From Octopus bimaculoides (taxonomy: Eukaryota), in contig NC_068982.1 in the NCBI RefSeq assembly GCF_001194135.2, positions 61,636,119 through 61,700,118 of the forward strand: 64,000 nucleotides of DNA, given 5' to 3'. The notes below the pieces were generated by a model that was not told where the DNA came from, ran no database searches, and worked only from the letters and a program-made list of their open reading frames with translations. This document shows, piece after piece, positions 10,233-22,577 of this stretch; positions within the stretch are counted from its first letter, which is position 1, and each line of letters opens with the position of its first letter. The position numbers were made by a program, and so were the translations under genes.

Positions 10233-11695
10233 CAGGGATGTTAAACTCATTTTAGTTTACAGACCACATATCAATCCACTTTGATCTCAAGCAGGCCAGA
10301 CCAGTTAAAAATGGCATAAGAACCTACAAATAGCAATTTCAAAATTTCCTCTTTGTTTTAGTATAAAAAATTACATCCTGAAAATGTTCATGTTTAAAGA
10401 ACAATTTTATTTTGCAAAACATTTAACAAGTGAAAGTGGGAACTGTTAAAGAAGACTGTGTTATAACACTGCCTTGTAACTGTATACAATTTATAAACTA
10501 CAAAAAAAAAAAAACACTTTGAAAAACATTAAAAAACATTTTTATTATTTTTTTCTCATTTATTTTCAATGTTACTGAAACTTCGCATCTTTTCTCCTTC
10601 ACAAGTGCATCAGTATCAGGCAGCAAATCCTGAGTAGCAGCCAGTTTCAGGATGTCATTTAGGTGCTTGTGTGTGAGCCTTGAGCACAGCTTTGTTTTAT
10701 TGATGCTTATTACAGAGAAAACTTGCTCACAAAGGTAAGTTCCCAAACATGCACAAAACTTTTGCAGCAAAGGCTGTCAATTTGGGGTACTTTGACAAGA
10801 GATACTGATAAAATGTGTCCATGCCCACCAAGATAAATTCATTCTTCAAATCTGAATCACACTGCAAGTCAATTATTTCAAGTTGTATGTTGATGGGCAG
10901 ATCAGAGGTGTGACTGTAAATGGTGAGCAAAAAATTGTGAAATCTGTTTCAAGTTCATAAAAAATCTGAAACTGTTGCTCAAACTCTCACAACAATCCCG
11001 TGATATTGTCTTTGTACCAATTCAAATTGACATCATCTGTGGTCACAGCCTCATCTTTTAGACAAGGAAAATGAGCAGGGTCACCACCTGACAGTTGTCT
11101 CCCACAAAGTTAGCTCCAACTTAAATGTGTGTATGCTTTCAAAATACTGTGAGACAACTTTTTTATGGCCTTGCAGCATTTTGTTCAGATTATTCAAGTG
11201 CTCTATAAAATCCACAATAAATGCTAAGTCTTACAGCCATTGAAATTCTAACACTGCTTTGCCCTTTTTCTCCATGAGCTGTTCGATTTTTTTCTTATAG
11301 ATTAAAGAAACACTTCAGCATGGCACCTCAGCTTAACCACTTTACCTCAGTGCGATATGGCAAGCCATAGGTAATGCCTATATCACTGAGAAGATTGTCA
11401 AACTGATGGTGATTCAAACCTCTATTTTGGATGAAATTAACAGTTTGGCCAACCACTTCCATGATGTGATCCATTTTGAATGACTTGCAACACAATGCCT
11501 CCTGGTGCAAAATGCAGTGAAATATCCAAAAATCATGTCCTCCATTTGCAGTCTGTACTTTCTCTCTGAACTGCATCACAACACCTGCTTTTTTCCCCAA
11601 TCATTGATGGCGCATCATCTGTAGCTATGCTCTCAGCACAGGCTCAGTCCACTCTGATCTTGTTCAGTGCTCCAACAAAAGAGACAAAGAGCCTT
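10233..11695 (-). mobile_element. hAT DNA transposon relic, SPIN/GTF2IRD2-like transposase 3' half with one TIR
   Basis: Minus-strand peptides ATDDAPSMIG, FHCILHQEALCCK, RTEVKWLS, QLEIIDLQCD, TYLCEQVFS...KTKLCSRLT (dimerisation domain); terminus CAGGGATGTTAAACTCATTTT at 10233. Multiple stops, frameshifts and deletions. Confidence 0.9.
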
Positions 11696-11970
11696 TTCTT
11701 ACAACATTAGGTCTCAAATATGATATCTTCCAACTGGATTTAGTTATTTCTTTCATTGATTTGAAGGATTACCTAGAATTCTTTCCATCTTGATTTTGCT
11801 ATTTGTAAAATGTCTCCACATATCCATAGAAAACAAACACCAAATCCATCACCCAAATCTCTGACTGTCTTTCACTAATATTTGAAGTCTTTTTTCTAAC
11901 ATCCTCTGTTTAATCATTCCGATGACAAAACTTTCCTAACCTTTATCTTTTGCTCTGTGTGAGACTAAAT

Positions 11971-12298
11971 TGAATCCTGGTATTTCTAATTTAGATTCCT
12001 TGATCACTGATTGCCTCCTCTTCATCATAAAGACTCCATCCATCAGGTGAATAATCTTGGTGTCTACATTTGCAGTAATCTTCTGATTGCTTGTGAGTCA
12101 ATGTTTGAGTCTTCTGACCATTTCTTCATATTTTTGAATCCTGGTATTTCTAATTTAGATTCCTTGATCACTGATTGCCTCCTCTTCATCATAAAGACTC
12201 CATCCATCATGTGAATGATCTTGGTGTCTACATTTGCAGTAATCTTCTGATTGCTTGTGAGTCAATATTTGAGTCTTCTGACCATTTCTTCATATTTT
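11971..12298. repeat. 164-bp perfect-register tandem duplication
   Basis: 11971-12134 and 12135-12298 both start TGAATCCTGGTATTTCTAATTTAG and differ at only a few bases. Confidence 0.92.
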
Positions 12299-14602
12299 TC
12301 CACTTGCTTTTTCAGTTTACTGCTCCCTTACTGTGCTCTCCGTCCTCTCAAAACTGCTCTTGTTGATGCAGTATTCAACATAATTTTTTTGTCCTTCAAG
12401 TATTCTAATCTTTGGCAATTTCAATGCTTATCACATAAATTGGCTCAATTCTAAAACCACAGATTCTTTTGGAACTCCTGTCTTTGTCTCCTCTCTGTCT
12501 CAGTCACTCTCTCAGATAGTCAGCTTTTCTACTTGTTGTCCTGATCATGACTATCATAATCCTATCATTGATCATGTCTAATTATAGCATTTGCTCTATC
12601 TCTTTCCATGCTTCACTGAGTAACTCTGTCCACATTCTTTCTTCACTGGATATATTTTATAATACTTTTCCTAGCAGTGATCCTCTATCCTATCATAACT
12701 ATCAACAAGGTGACTGGAGTTCTTTTTGTGATGCTCTGTGTGATAATTTATTTTCTTGCTAATGATTGTGCCTCTGATGTATCTTAGATTTAAATTAAAA
12801 TTGGTGCTTTTATTCCCCACAGGTAATACTTAATTTAACCAAATTCCTCTCTCTGGTTTTCAAGTACTTGTATCCCAGCTATGGTTCTTACCACCCCCTT
12901 TTTTCCATCTGTGTTATCTGGGCTGCTCTTTAGAAAATAAATGTCTTTTCTAACTGGCTCAGAAGCACTAAAGATTTTCAAATAAATAACTATAGATATT
13001 TTCTACATTATACATGTTTCAGATATTATAATGTGTTCTATACAAATATTATATGCATGTATTTTATTATTTAATTCATTTAGTTTTTACGTATATTTTG
13101 TAATGCAAATTATAGAGTGTATTGTAGATTTATTTGATATTGCAGTTTAAATCATGTTTTTATTTAAGAATCTGTGATTTTTGGAGTCACGTTTAGCCTT
13201 CATCTTTGCTGGAAATATACCTAAGAAATGCTTAATAACAACAACCCAAGACTGTGTTATTGTGTTGCAGACTTCTATCTTATCAGATAGTGCAACCCAT
13301 TAGGAAATGCATACATACATTGATATGCACACACACGCACGCACAAACGCATGCACGCACACACACACTGAAGAATATAAGCACTTGTATAAATCTATAT
13401 ATATTTATGTTTATATATTTAAATATACTTCTAATTTGAATGCTCATCTTTGTGAATAATCATTGAAATTCATCTTTACATTTTGAATACAGATGGGTGT
13501 TGCATATGTTTTTCTGTCGTGTTTTTCTCTGCTCTCTCTACTCTCACTCAGTTTTTTTGGCTCTTTCTCCTGTTACCTCTCTCTCTCTCTCTCTCTCCAA
13601 TAACGCCTCTTTACTTATCTTTTAACACCTAAATTACACATTTTTTCCTGCATACTTGCATCTCTTTTGTATTTTCTCTACACAAGTTCATTGTGTTTTC
13701 TTCCTACTGTCACCAGTTGTCAGTCAACCTTCCCCTAATCTCTCTCCTCTGTGTACTTATTTAAACTTTTTATATATCATCATTTCTTTAGCATTTTCTA
13801 ACTCTTTTCTTCACTTTTTTCCCTATTTTTCACCTTTAGTTTCATCTATTGGTGCTTCAAATTTTCTTCATACACTAGTGTATATTGAAAACGCATGCAT
13901 GCACACACACACACACACGCATGCGTGTATATCTATATATGTATGTGTGTGTGTGTATACACATGTATATGTGTGTAGATTAGATGTAATATTCATGTGT
14001 ATACATACCTATGCATATTCAAAAACAAAAACAAGCACACACATATAAAAGAGAGAATGTTAGAGAGAAAGAATTGACTAGTTGAATAGATATTGCTTCA
14101 ATAGGCCTTAATGCATATCTGTTCACAGCAGATTATATATTTATCCTTCAAATTATAGAAAATTTCCCAAAATAAATAAATTAATAAATTTATGAACAGC
14201 AGAAAACAAACAGAATACGTTGTCAATCTATGAATAGTGTCATAAAGAAAATCCTTGTTGTAGTTCACTTATAATTCAATTTCCTTTTAGAGAATAACAA
14301 TTTATGCAAACATATCTAAGTATAATGTTGCTTTTAAAGGTTAGAAATCCAACACAGCCAAATCAACATCTTGGCATTATCTAGAAGTGTCTGCTTTCGC
14401 TTATTCTGAAACAATTCCGCAGTTTCTCAATGAATCTTCACCAAATTTTGAATACAAATCTAAATTCATCTCAGAATAATGAGGGAAGGAAAAAAAAAAA
14501 TTAAAGGGGTGAGGGTGAGATGGGGTGTCAAATGTCCTCCTGTGGCAATATTTAAACATTTAGACATGTGCATACTCAGAGAAGCACATACGTGCGTGCG
14601 TG

Positions 14603-14655
<53 letters not shown>

Positions 14656-15161
14656 TGATGTACCTTTAAGTTGGCGAACTATCTCCACGACAAAAACAGC
14701 TGTTGATAGACATAATTGTATATAAATGATATTTTTCAATTTTTGTTTCTAATGAATATTTCTTTATATATCAGATTTCCTTTTTAACACCATTTTTCAA
14801 TGAACAATTATTTACAGAAACATGCTGTAACCTAAAGTTAATGAAAAAAACAAACTATTTCTGCATGTTTGGCAAACTTGGTAATGAATTGCTCAATCAT
14901 TTTACCATTTGCAATGATTTTTAATTGAAGATGTATTACATAAAAAACAAAGTGTTTGTAGTAGCTTACAAAAAAGACCAATTCTACGCAGATGAAACAG
15001 TGTATTAGCAAATAAAATTCTTTAAATATGCTAGGTTATAAAGACTGCTACAAATTAAGTTCAGTAATGTGTAGTTTATTTACAAAAAAAAAAAAGAAAA
15101 GAAAAATATGAAGAAGCAAAATACATGTTAACAAAAATTATTCTTACGATTAGTATTTTAT

Positions 15162-16440
15162 TCAATGTGAGCCTTGTGGCTGATTCAAAGTAACTAGTTT
15201 TTCAACTTGGCTGCCATGCTTGCAATAAAATGAAGTTCATCCCCTTTTTTAGGATGGTTACTCAGTTTATGATAGCAAGTAACTTACTAAACTAAAACCC
15301 AGATTCAACAAGAACTGAGAAACACAATAACATACAATTTTACTTTCTTCTAAAAAAAGTAGAAATTTTCTTGCAATTTCACTACTTTTTCATAAATTAT
15401 CATTGCTATGTTTGAATCTACCTTGAGCTCTTTAAATCATCCTATAACTGTTAGGCTTTTCTGTAATTTAGTGGCAACTTCAGTTGCATTTACTCCAAAT
15501 GGATCCTATTCTAGATAGTCTCTGAACCCAACTTTTATATTATTCTACAAATGTTTCAAATGCTTAACACACACACAGATATTATCTTGCAGTTCAGTGT
15601 CAATGGGGCAATGTTGGAAACTGCACCAACTTGCAATATTCTCTCTCAAGAACTGTTTCCCTATGTTAGCAGTAATAGCCTCTTTGCAAGATATCAGATT
15701 ACACTTTTCTCTTTGTAACTGTTCGTTTAGAAAATTGAACTTTTGAAATATATCCGGGGGTTAAAATGTATCACACCTAACAAGAACTATTTGCCAGGAT
15801 GCTAACTATTCATAAATGGTACAGTACTATCCCAAAGTGCCACTAAGCAATGATGACAATTACTCTTTGATAGCCATTACACCTCTGGATGTATATCTCG
15901 TGTTCACACTTCCAATTAGTTTGCAATACTAAATGATGATGGCTGACTATTCAATGTATGCAAAGAGCCTGGAACACTGCATTTTTTTTCAAATAAGCAA
16001 TGAACTATCTCTAATTACCATAGAGACAGCATCATCAATTGCACAATCCATTGTATTTCCAAATGCAATATTGTTTACTTTGAAATAAGTCTCAACTTAA
16101 ATTTTAATCTTTCAAGCCAAAAGCATTTCTTCTTGATATTGAAAATCATCCAAAAACCTAACATACTTCATTCTCTCTTAAAATGGACTCATCAATTTAC
16201 TGGGCTAACTGTTACCCTTGTAATAGTCTAACTAATAGTTTTCCCTCATCCCCAGCCATTTTCTCAATGCACCTTGATACTGATGAGTTGTTCAAAAGAG
16301 ATGGCCTTGTAAATTTCCTGCACACTCCTGACAGCTGCATTCTGACACTAAAGGTGCACTAGGATGAACAGAAGTGAGCAATGAACTTTATGACACCCAG
16401 TGTTGCATTCTTTTGCTCTTTGTGTGTTGCCAAAATCTGT
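15162..16440 (-). pseudogene. Highly degraded hAT (Buster/SCAND3-ZBED-like) transposase
   Basis: Minus-strand fragments NNSSVSRCIEKMAGD, IDESILRENE, YVRFLDD..EEMLLA, VETYFKVNNIAF..CAIDDAVSM, NLISCKEAI, VESGFS and terminal QPQGSH* appear in the correct order. Missed by the ORF track because of frequent stops. Confidence 0.8.
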
Positions 16441-17106
16441 TAAAAGCTATTATTTCTATTTTAGTAACCCTAAAGGATTTGTGGAAATAAAGTTTAGTAA
16501 CTGTGAGGAATGGATTAATCAATGTTGTTGTCACAGCCTATGAACTTAAAGAGCTTGGTATGGTTAAGTAATGGTTTATAGAAAATGGTAGTCAAGTTGT
16601 GAGTTCAGTTAAGCTTATGGCTGACCATAACTAAAAGTGTGTGGGGGAGGAGAGGACAGGAGGTAATTATGTCAAGACGATGTATTGAAAAAGAGAAGAG
16701 ACTCATTGCAGTTGGGTGTATTTGGGATTTAAAAAGTAAATCACTAAAGCTACAGTGGATTTAGATTAACCAGGCAGGGAAGGGCTGGATGGTGAGATGT
16801 TGAACAAATACTGAAATAAAAGGGATGGGAATGTTCATTGTTGGCTAGAGGCAAGGTAAAGGGTTGAATAAGTGCTTAGTAGTACAAAGAACATAAACAC
16901 AACTAGGAATGGAAGGAAATATGTTTTAATGATTCACTAAAAAAAAAAAGGCAAGTTATACACGCAAATATACATGTCATATATTCTTAGGCTAGCTGGA
17001 GGTCTGAGTGCATACATATTCTATAGGATTGTTTTGGATTTTAGTTTACTATGAAGTTATCTAAAATAAGAGATATGTAGTAATTAACTATTGTAGTAAT
17101 ATTTAT

Positions 17107-17499
17107 GGTTGGCTGTGTGGTAAGTAGCTTGCTTACCAACCACATGGTTCCGGGTTCAGTCCCACTGCATGACACCTTGAGCAAGTGTCTTCTACTATAG
17201 CCTCGGGCTGACCAAAGCCTTGTGAGTGAATTTGGTAGACAGAAACTGAAAGAAGCCCGTCGTATATATGTAATTATGTATATGTATATTTATGTGTCTG
17301 TGTTTGTGCCCCACCCCCATCGCTTGACAACCGATACTGGCGTGTTTATGTCCCCGTAACGTAGCGGTTCGGCAAAAGAGACCGATAGAATAAGTACTAG
17401 GCTTACAAAGAATAAGTCCTGGGGTCGATTTGCTCAACTAAAGGCGGTGCTCCAGCTTGGCTGCAGTCAATTGACTGAAACAAGTAAAAGAGTAAAGAG
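17107..17499 (+). mobile_element. SINE family C, full length
   Basis: GGCTGTGTGGTAAGTAGCTTGC...GACTGAAACAAGTAAAAGAGTAAAGAG. Confidence 0.92.
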
Positions 17500-18057
17500 G
17501 ATGGAAAAATTTAATAGGTGGATCATGACAAGATCATTGTATAGCTAGCAGTTGTGTCCCTTCTCTCACATTGTTCAGTGTTTTTTATGTGGCTCCTAAA
17601 CAATGTGATTTGGACTCCAGGGAGCTTCATGACCTCACCGCCTTCCAATTTAGAAGCACTTTTTATTCCCTAATTCCTCAGCACAGTTTTGTTTACTTCT
17701 CTTTATCAAATACTGTCCAAACTACAGGTTTAAATCTTTAGAATGTTTATGTCTTTATGGATATGGCCAGTTTGTTGCAGTAACTTCCTTATTGTCCTAG
17801 CAGCCAAAGGTTAGTATATTGTCATTGAGTTTCTAATAAAATATTTAATTCAGAATGGCCTGTAACTGCTTTCTGTGAATATGTATTTTAAGGTGATTTG
17901 GCTTAAAGCTGTGCACTAATATAAACTGATGGTCATTTTCTTAGTTGGCAATGCTAGCTTCAGATTCTCTTTATGATTGATAATCATTTCTATTTTGAGA
18001 AAAACATTTCTCCAAACAACTTAATATTTTTGAGGTTGAGAAAACTTCAGCTTGTAG

Positions 18058-18330
18058 GAGTGAAATTGGCTGAGTGGATAAGATAAAAGTATTAGACTAC
18101 TTGCTCATGAATTGTGAGATCTTATTCAGTTTCACAGTAGCTGTATAGTTGTGTATCTGGGCAAAGCACTTCATTCAATATTGTCCCAGTTTACCTAGCT
18201 GTCAGGAAAAGAAACCACCTTTTCTCAGGGAAAGTCAATAGAGCTGGTTCCCTATTCTCACATCTTACTTATTGTGAAAGGTCAGCTAGTCAACTGCATT
18301 TATTATACCAGCGTGTGAGATAAAGAAATA
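18058..18330 (+). mobile_element. Old degraded SINE-like element
   Basis: A-box-like TTGGCTGAGTGG and CORE/Meta-like CTGGGCAAAGCACTTCATTCAATATTGTCCCAGTTTACC; heavily diverged. Confidence 0.4.
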
Positions 18331-18904
18331 TTTATCCATTATCTAAGCTAGCAACAATACACTTTACCTATTAAGCAGGACATTGAGCAGAAACAGGTGA
18401 CACATAAGAATATTTGATGTAAGATTCTTTACAAATTAGCTTGAGTTTACTGTTTTCTCTACAAATAGTCATACCCATCCAGCTAGGTATTGATCGAATT
18501 AAAAAAAAAACTGAATAGATGCATTGAAGTGTAGTCCGAACATAGGCATCAAGTTTGCATAATTTCACAATAGAGTTGTTGATGAAAGGAAGGAAAAGCT
18601 GTAAAACAACTGCTTTAGCATCTTATATAGATATACTTATCTACAGAATCAATACATCTCTCTCTCTCTCTCTCTTTCCTTCACCACATACAGCTGCACA
18701 CATACATATATGCATATTAACACACTTTTTTTGTTTAATAAATGAGAAAATGAGCACTCAATACACACTGTTGAGTATATTTACCTGTAGGAAATTATTG
18801 ATTTATTGCACTGCTATTCTGAGCTCTCTGCTTGATGTGATCCTTCTGATTCACTGTCAACTTTGTAATATATAAGTGCGTATGTTTATCCACACACACA
18901 CATC

Positions 18905-19075
18905 TAACTATGTGGTTTCAGGTTCAGTCCAACTGTGTGGCACTTGAATGTCTTCCACTTATAGACCAGAGTGGATTTGATAAATAAAAACTGAAAGAAG
19001 CCCTTTGGATAGGTATATTTGGGTTTGTGTTTATGCCTCCTCATTTTGATATTGCATGGTTGTTGTAAATGAGTG
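18905..19075 (+). mobile_element. Degraded SINE-C-related copy
   Basis: TGTGGTTTCAGGTTCAGTCCAACTGTGTGGCAC...AAAACTGAAAGAAGCCC matches the family C head and body. Confidence 0.65.
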
Positions 19076-19076
19076 T

Positions 19077-19408
19077 CATCATCATCATCATTGTCGTTTA
19101 ACGTCCGCTTTCCATGCTAGCATGGGTTGGACGATTTGACTGAGGACTGGTGGACCAGGAGGCGACACCAGGCTCCAATCTGATTTGGCAGAGTTTCTAC
19201 AGCTGGATGCCCTTCCTAACACCAACCACTCCGAGAGTGTAGTGGGTGCTTTTACGTGCCACTGGCACGAGGGCCAGTCAAGCGGGTACTGGCAATGGCC
19301 ATGCTCGAAATGGTGTATTTTACGTGCCACCTGCACAAGGGCCAGTCCAGGGGCACTGGCAATGAACTCACTCGAATGTCTTACTGGCAAAGGCCACACT
19401 CAAAATGG
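19077..19408 (-). mobile_element. RTE LINE 3' end, 5'-truncated, (GAT)n tail
   Basis: Reverse complement of ...GTGGTTGGYGTTAGGAAGGGCATCCAGC...CATGCTAGCATGGAAAGCGGACGTTAAACGA(TGA)n. The same tail closes the RTE ORF-bearing copy at 34788-35883. Confidence 0.9.
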
Positions 19409-19469
19409 TGTGATGTCATTCACTTCCAATCTTCCATGAAAATATGTCTGATCATGGGGAAATATTATG

Positions 19470-19597
19470 TTGTTTGGAAACAACTGAGGGTTGTTGAGAG
19501 GAAGGGCACCTGGCCATAGAAAATCTGCCTCAATGAATTCCATCTGACCCATGCAAGCATGGAAAAGTGGATGCTAAAATGATGATGATGATGATGA
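19470..19597 (+). mobile_element. Older RTE-like 3' tail
   Basis: GGAAGGGCACCTGGCCATAGAAA...CCCATGCAAGCATGGAAAAGTGGATGCTAAAATGATGATGATG. Confidence 0.7.
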
Positions 19598-19745
19598 CTG
19601 TGTGTGTGTTTGTGAGAAAGAATGGATGAATGATGATATTTCACTTTGTCATGATTTAAATGAAATGGCATTGCTGTTTACATTTCTTGTTGACATTATG
19701 TCTAAATCACTCTGCTAGCATGGTAAAACAGACATAAATGAAATA

Positions 19746-19783
19746 ACTAGTATATATAGTTTCACGTATTTCTGTATGCCTCA

Positions 19784-19814
<31 letters not shown>

Positions 19815-20870
19815 TGGAGCCTGGTGTTGCCATCCGGTTTCACCAGTCCTCAGTCAAATCGTCCAACCCATGCTAGCATGGAAAGCGGACGTTAAACGAT
19901 GATGATGATGATGATGATATATATCTGTGTATGTGTAAATGTATATATATAAATAAAATTCATATAAACAGCTAGGCACAATATAATACCATAAAGGAAA
20001 AATTCAATTGTCACTAAATGTGACCAAGGGTGTCGAGACACCTACATTGCTAGAAACAGGAGTAAAATACCCATTGTGCTATAGGAAGAGCACAAATGTA
20101 TATGCATGTGCTGAGTGGGGAAGAAACTGCCCCATAACCGAATTGAGAATCTCTCTCACTAGATGTCTAGTTTTGTGCATTTCCGTATCCTTCATCAGTG
20201 AGAGTTGCTTGACTAGCTGATAAAATCTTTATTATGATCACTATGGATTGAACATAGATGAGGACAGCACAAGACAAACAATTACACAAAATGAATGAGA
20301 TCGTGCTTATTTACAATTTGATTTTGACTATTATGTACAATTTGATAATTTAAAATAATGAGAACTTGTAATAAAATTGAAAACTTAAAACAGATCCATC
20401 TTTTGTTCTTATTTTTAAAATAATACAGAAATTACAATCTTCCGCCGAGCAGCCTATACGGCCCAGCAGATCACTTTTTATTTCTTTGATGGTTAATTTG
20501 GGCAACTGGCATCCCACCTTTTTCATCACTTCCTTCCATCTTTGCTCATATACTCTAGCTGACAATGTCCTCTTTTCAGCCCCATCTATGTATTTACCAT
20601 AGAAATCTATGGATGATTTAGTGGAATGCTAATGTGTATACAAAAAATTAATATAAACAACTACGTGTAATATAATACCATAAAGGAAAAATTCAATTGT
20701 CCCTGATAATGACTAAGGGTATTGAGACACTTACATTGCTAGAAATGAGAGTAAAATACTTTTTGTGCTGTAGGAAGAGCACAAATGTATACATAATAAA
20801 CTACCCCATGACCGAATCAAGAATCTCTTGCACTAGGCGTCTAGTTTCATGTATTTCTGTACACCTCATC
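19746..20870 (-). repeat. Direct repeat pair (~240 bp, offset 689 bp) plus a third partial unit, each with a hammerhead-ribozyme-like core; Penelope pLTR/retrozyme-like
   Basis: 19962-20198 and 20651-20870 align; motif copies at 19746-19785, 20153-20204 and 20832-20870. Minus-strand consensus CTGATGAG-GCGTA-CRGAAA-TACGY-GAAA-CTAG-ACGC-CTAG-TG. The repeat is certain; ribozyme identity is tentative. Confidence 0.6.
19813..19918 (+). mobile_element. RTE LINE extreme 3' end
   Basis: TTGGAGCCTGG...GGACGTTAAACGATGATGATGATGATGATGAT. Confidence 0.9.
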
Positions 20871-21435
20871 ATATATAAAAGTTTTGCATTATGTTATTGG
20901 TTGATTTGATCATCATGGTCGGCATCAGTTCTTATTTGGAGTTATTGCCCTCCTAGAACATCTATAAGGTTATATCTCACATGTGCATTATATTTTTATG
21001 TTTTCTACCGGTGGATGCTCTCTCTAACACCAATGACTTTTCAGGGTGTACAGGTGTATTTTATCATGGTGCCAGCTCCAGAGAGGATGTCATATCCTCA
21101 ATGGGACAAGATTGAAGGCTCTTCTCAACTCTTTCTTGTCATTGCTCATTCACCAACCACTTTACAGCATGTACTGACTGCATTTTGTTCTGCCAACAAC
21201 ACTACTGGGGTTGCTTTGAGAGAAAATGGGCTCCCACTGCTCTGAGTTGTGTCTCTGTTTGTTCACCATATGTAAGGGGATAGAGGAGGTTGAAGTGAGA
21301 AGATGAAGCAAGGTAAGAGGCAAAAAGAAGTGGGAATGTGATGGGAGTGTGATTGGAGTGACATTGTGAAAAGGTAGGAGGAATGGGAGAGACATGCTTA
21401 GAAAAAGTGATAGAAGAGAGACAATATGGCAGGGT

Positions 21436-21472
<37 letters not shown>

Positions 21473-21867
21473 AATAACTGTTTTATATTGGTGAGTAATG
21501 GATATAGAAGTGGTCTGTGGTAGAGAATGTGATAGAGATCAGTAAGTGACCTTTGAAAGAGGGAGTAGTGGATGACAGTGTAGATGGGTAATGTTAGCTG
21601 GTCTGAGAGAATATAAATGCTGCATGATGGGAATAAGTGGCAATGATAAGCAAGTGATGGATGTCAATGAAAGAATAGTCTGAGGGGTAGGAAATGACAG
21701 GTAGCATCATGGGAGGGGGAAGTGCCATACATCAGCAAATCTAATGCAATTGATCATTGGTTGCTTAAGCTTGTGATTGGAATGAAGTACTAATAGTGGC
21801 TACAAGTTTCTTGGTAGGAGAGAGAGAGAGGGAGGATAGGGTGTTGTTTCTGGCACTAACAATTTAG

Positions 21868-22239
21868 TCCTTTTGCATTCAGATTACCCTATCAAATCAT
21901 CATCATCATCATCATCGTCGTTTAACGTCCGCTTTCCATGCTAGCATGGGTTGGACGATTTGACTGAGGACTGGTGAGCCAGATGGCTACACCAGGCTCC
22001 AATTTGATTTGGCAGAGTTTCTACAGCTGGATGCCCTTCCTAATGCCAACCACTCCGAGAGTGTAGTGGGTGCTTTTACGTGCCACCCGGCACGAAGGCC
22101 AGTCAGGAGATACTGTAATGCTTATATATTCACATTATTTTGAATTACTCATGTATTGTCTTGTAACTTTGAAATTTTAATAATGTGATTCTTTACCCAG
22201 GAATGACATTGTAGGGTAGGTGTAAGAGGCCAGGTCTGG
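21868..22239 (-). mobile_element. piggyBac-like MITE interrupted by an RTE tail and cut by a gap
   Basis: TCCTTTTGCATTCAGATTACCCTATCAAAT (end) and TGTAATGCTTATATATTCACATT...GTAGGGTAGGTGTAAGAGGCC match the MITEs at 31045 and 36764. Confidence 0.7.
21898..22112 (-). mobile_element. RTE LINE 3' end nested in the MITE
   Basis: (CAT)n-CGTCGTTTAACGTCCGCTTTCCATGCTAGCATGG...GGTGCTTTTACGTGCCACCCGGCACG. Confidence 0.9.
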
Positions 22240-22577
22240 NNNNNNNNNNNNNNNNNNNNNNNNNNNNNNNNNNNNNNNNNNNNNNNNNNNNNNNNNNNNN
22301 NNNNNNNNNNNNNNNNNNNNNNNNNNNNNNNNNNNNNNNNNNNNNNNNNNNNNNNNNNNNNNNNNNNNNNNNNNNNNNNNNNNNNNNNNNNNNNNNNNNN
22401 NNNNNNNNNNNNNNNNNNNNNNNNNNNNNNNNNNNNNNNNNNNNNNNNNNNNNNNNNNNNNNNNNNNNNNNNNNNNNNNNNNNNNNNNNNNNNNNNNNNN
22501 NNNNNNNNNNNNNNNNNNNNNNNNNNNNNNNNNNNNNNNNNNNNNNNNNNNNNNNNNNNNNNNNNNNNNNNNNNNNG

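Noticed and set aside
11700-12760. Degraded LINE RT (TGVPKESVV-like motif on the minus strand)
   Set aside because: Only one weak motif and no YADD equivalent; cannot be assigned.
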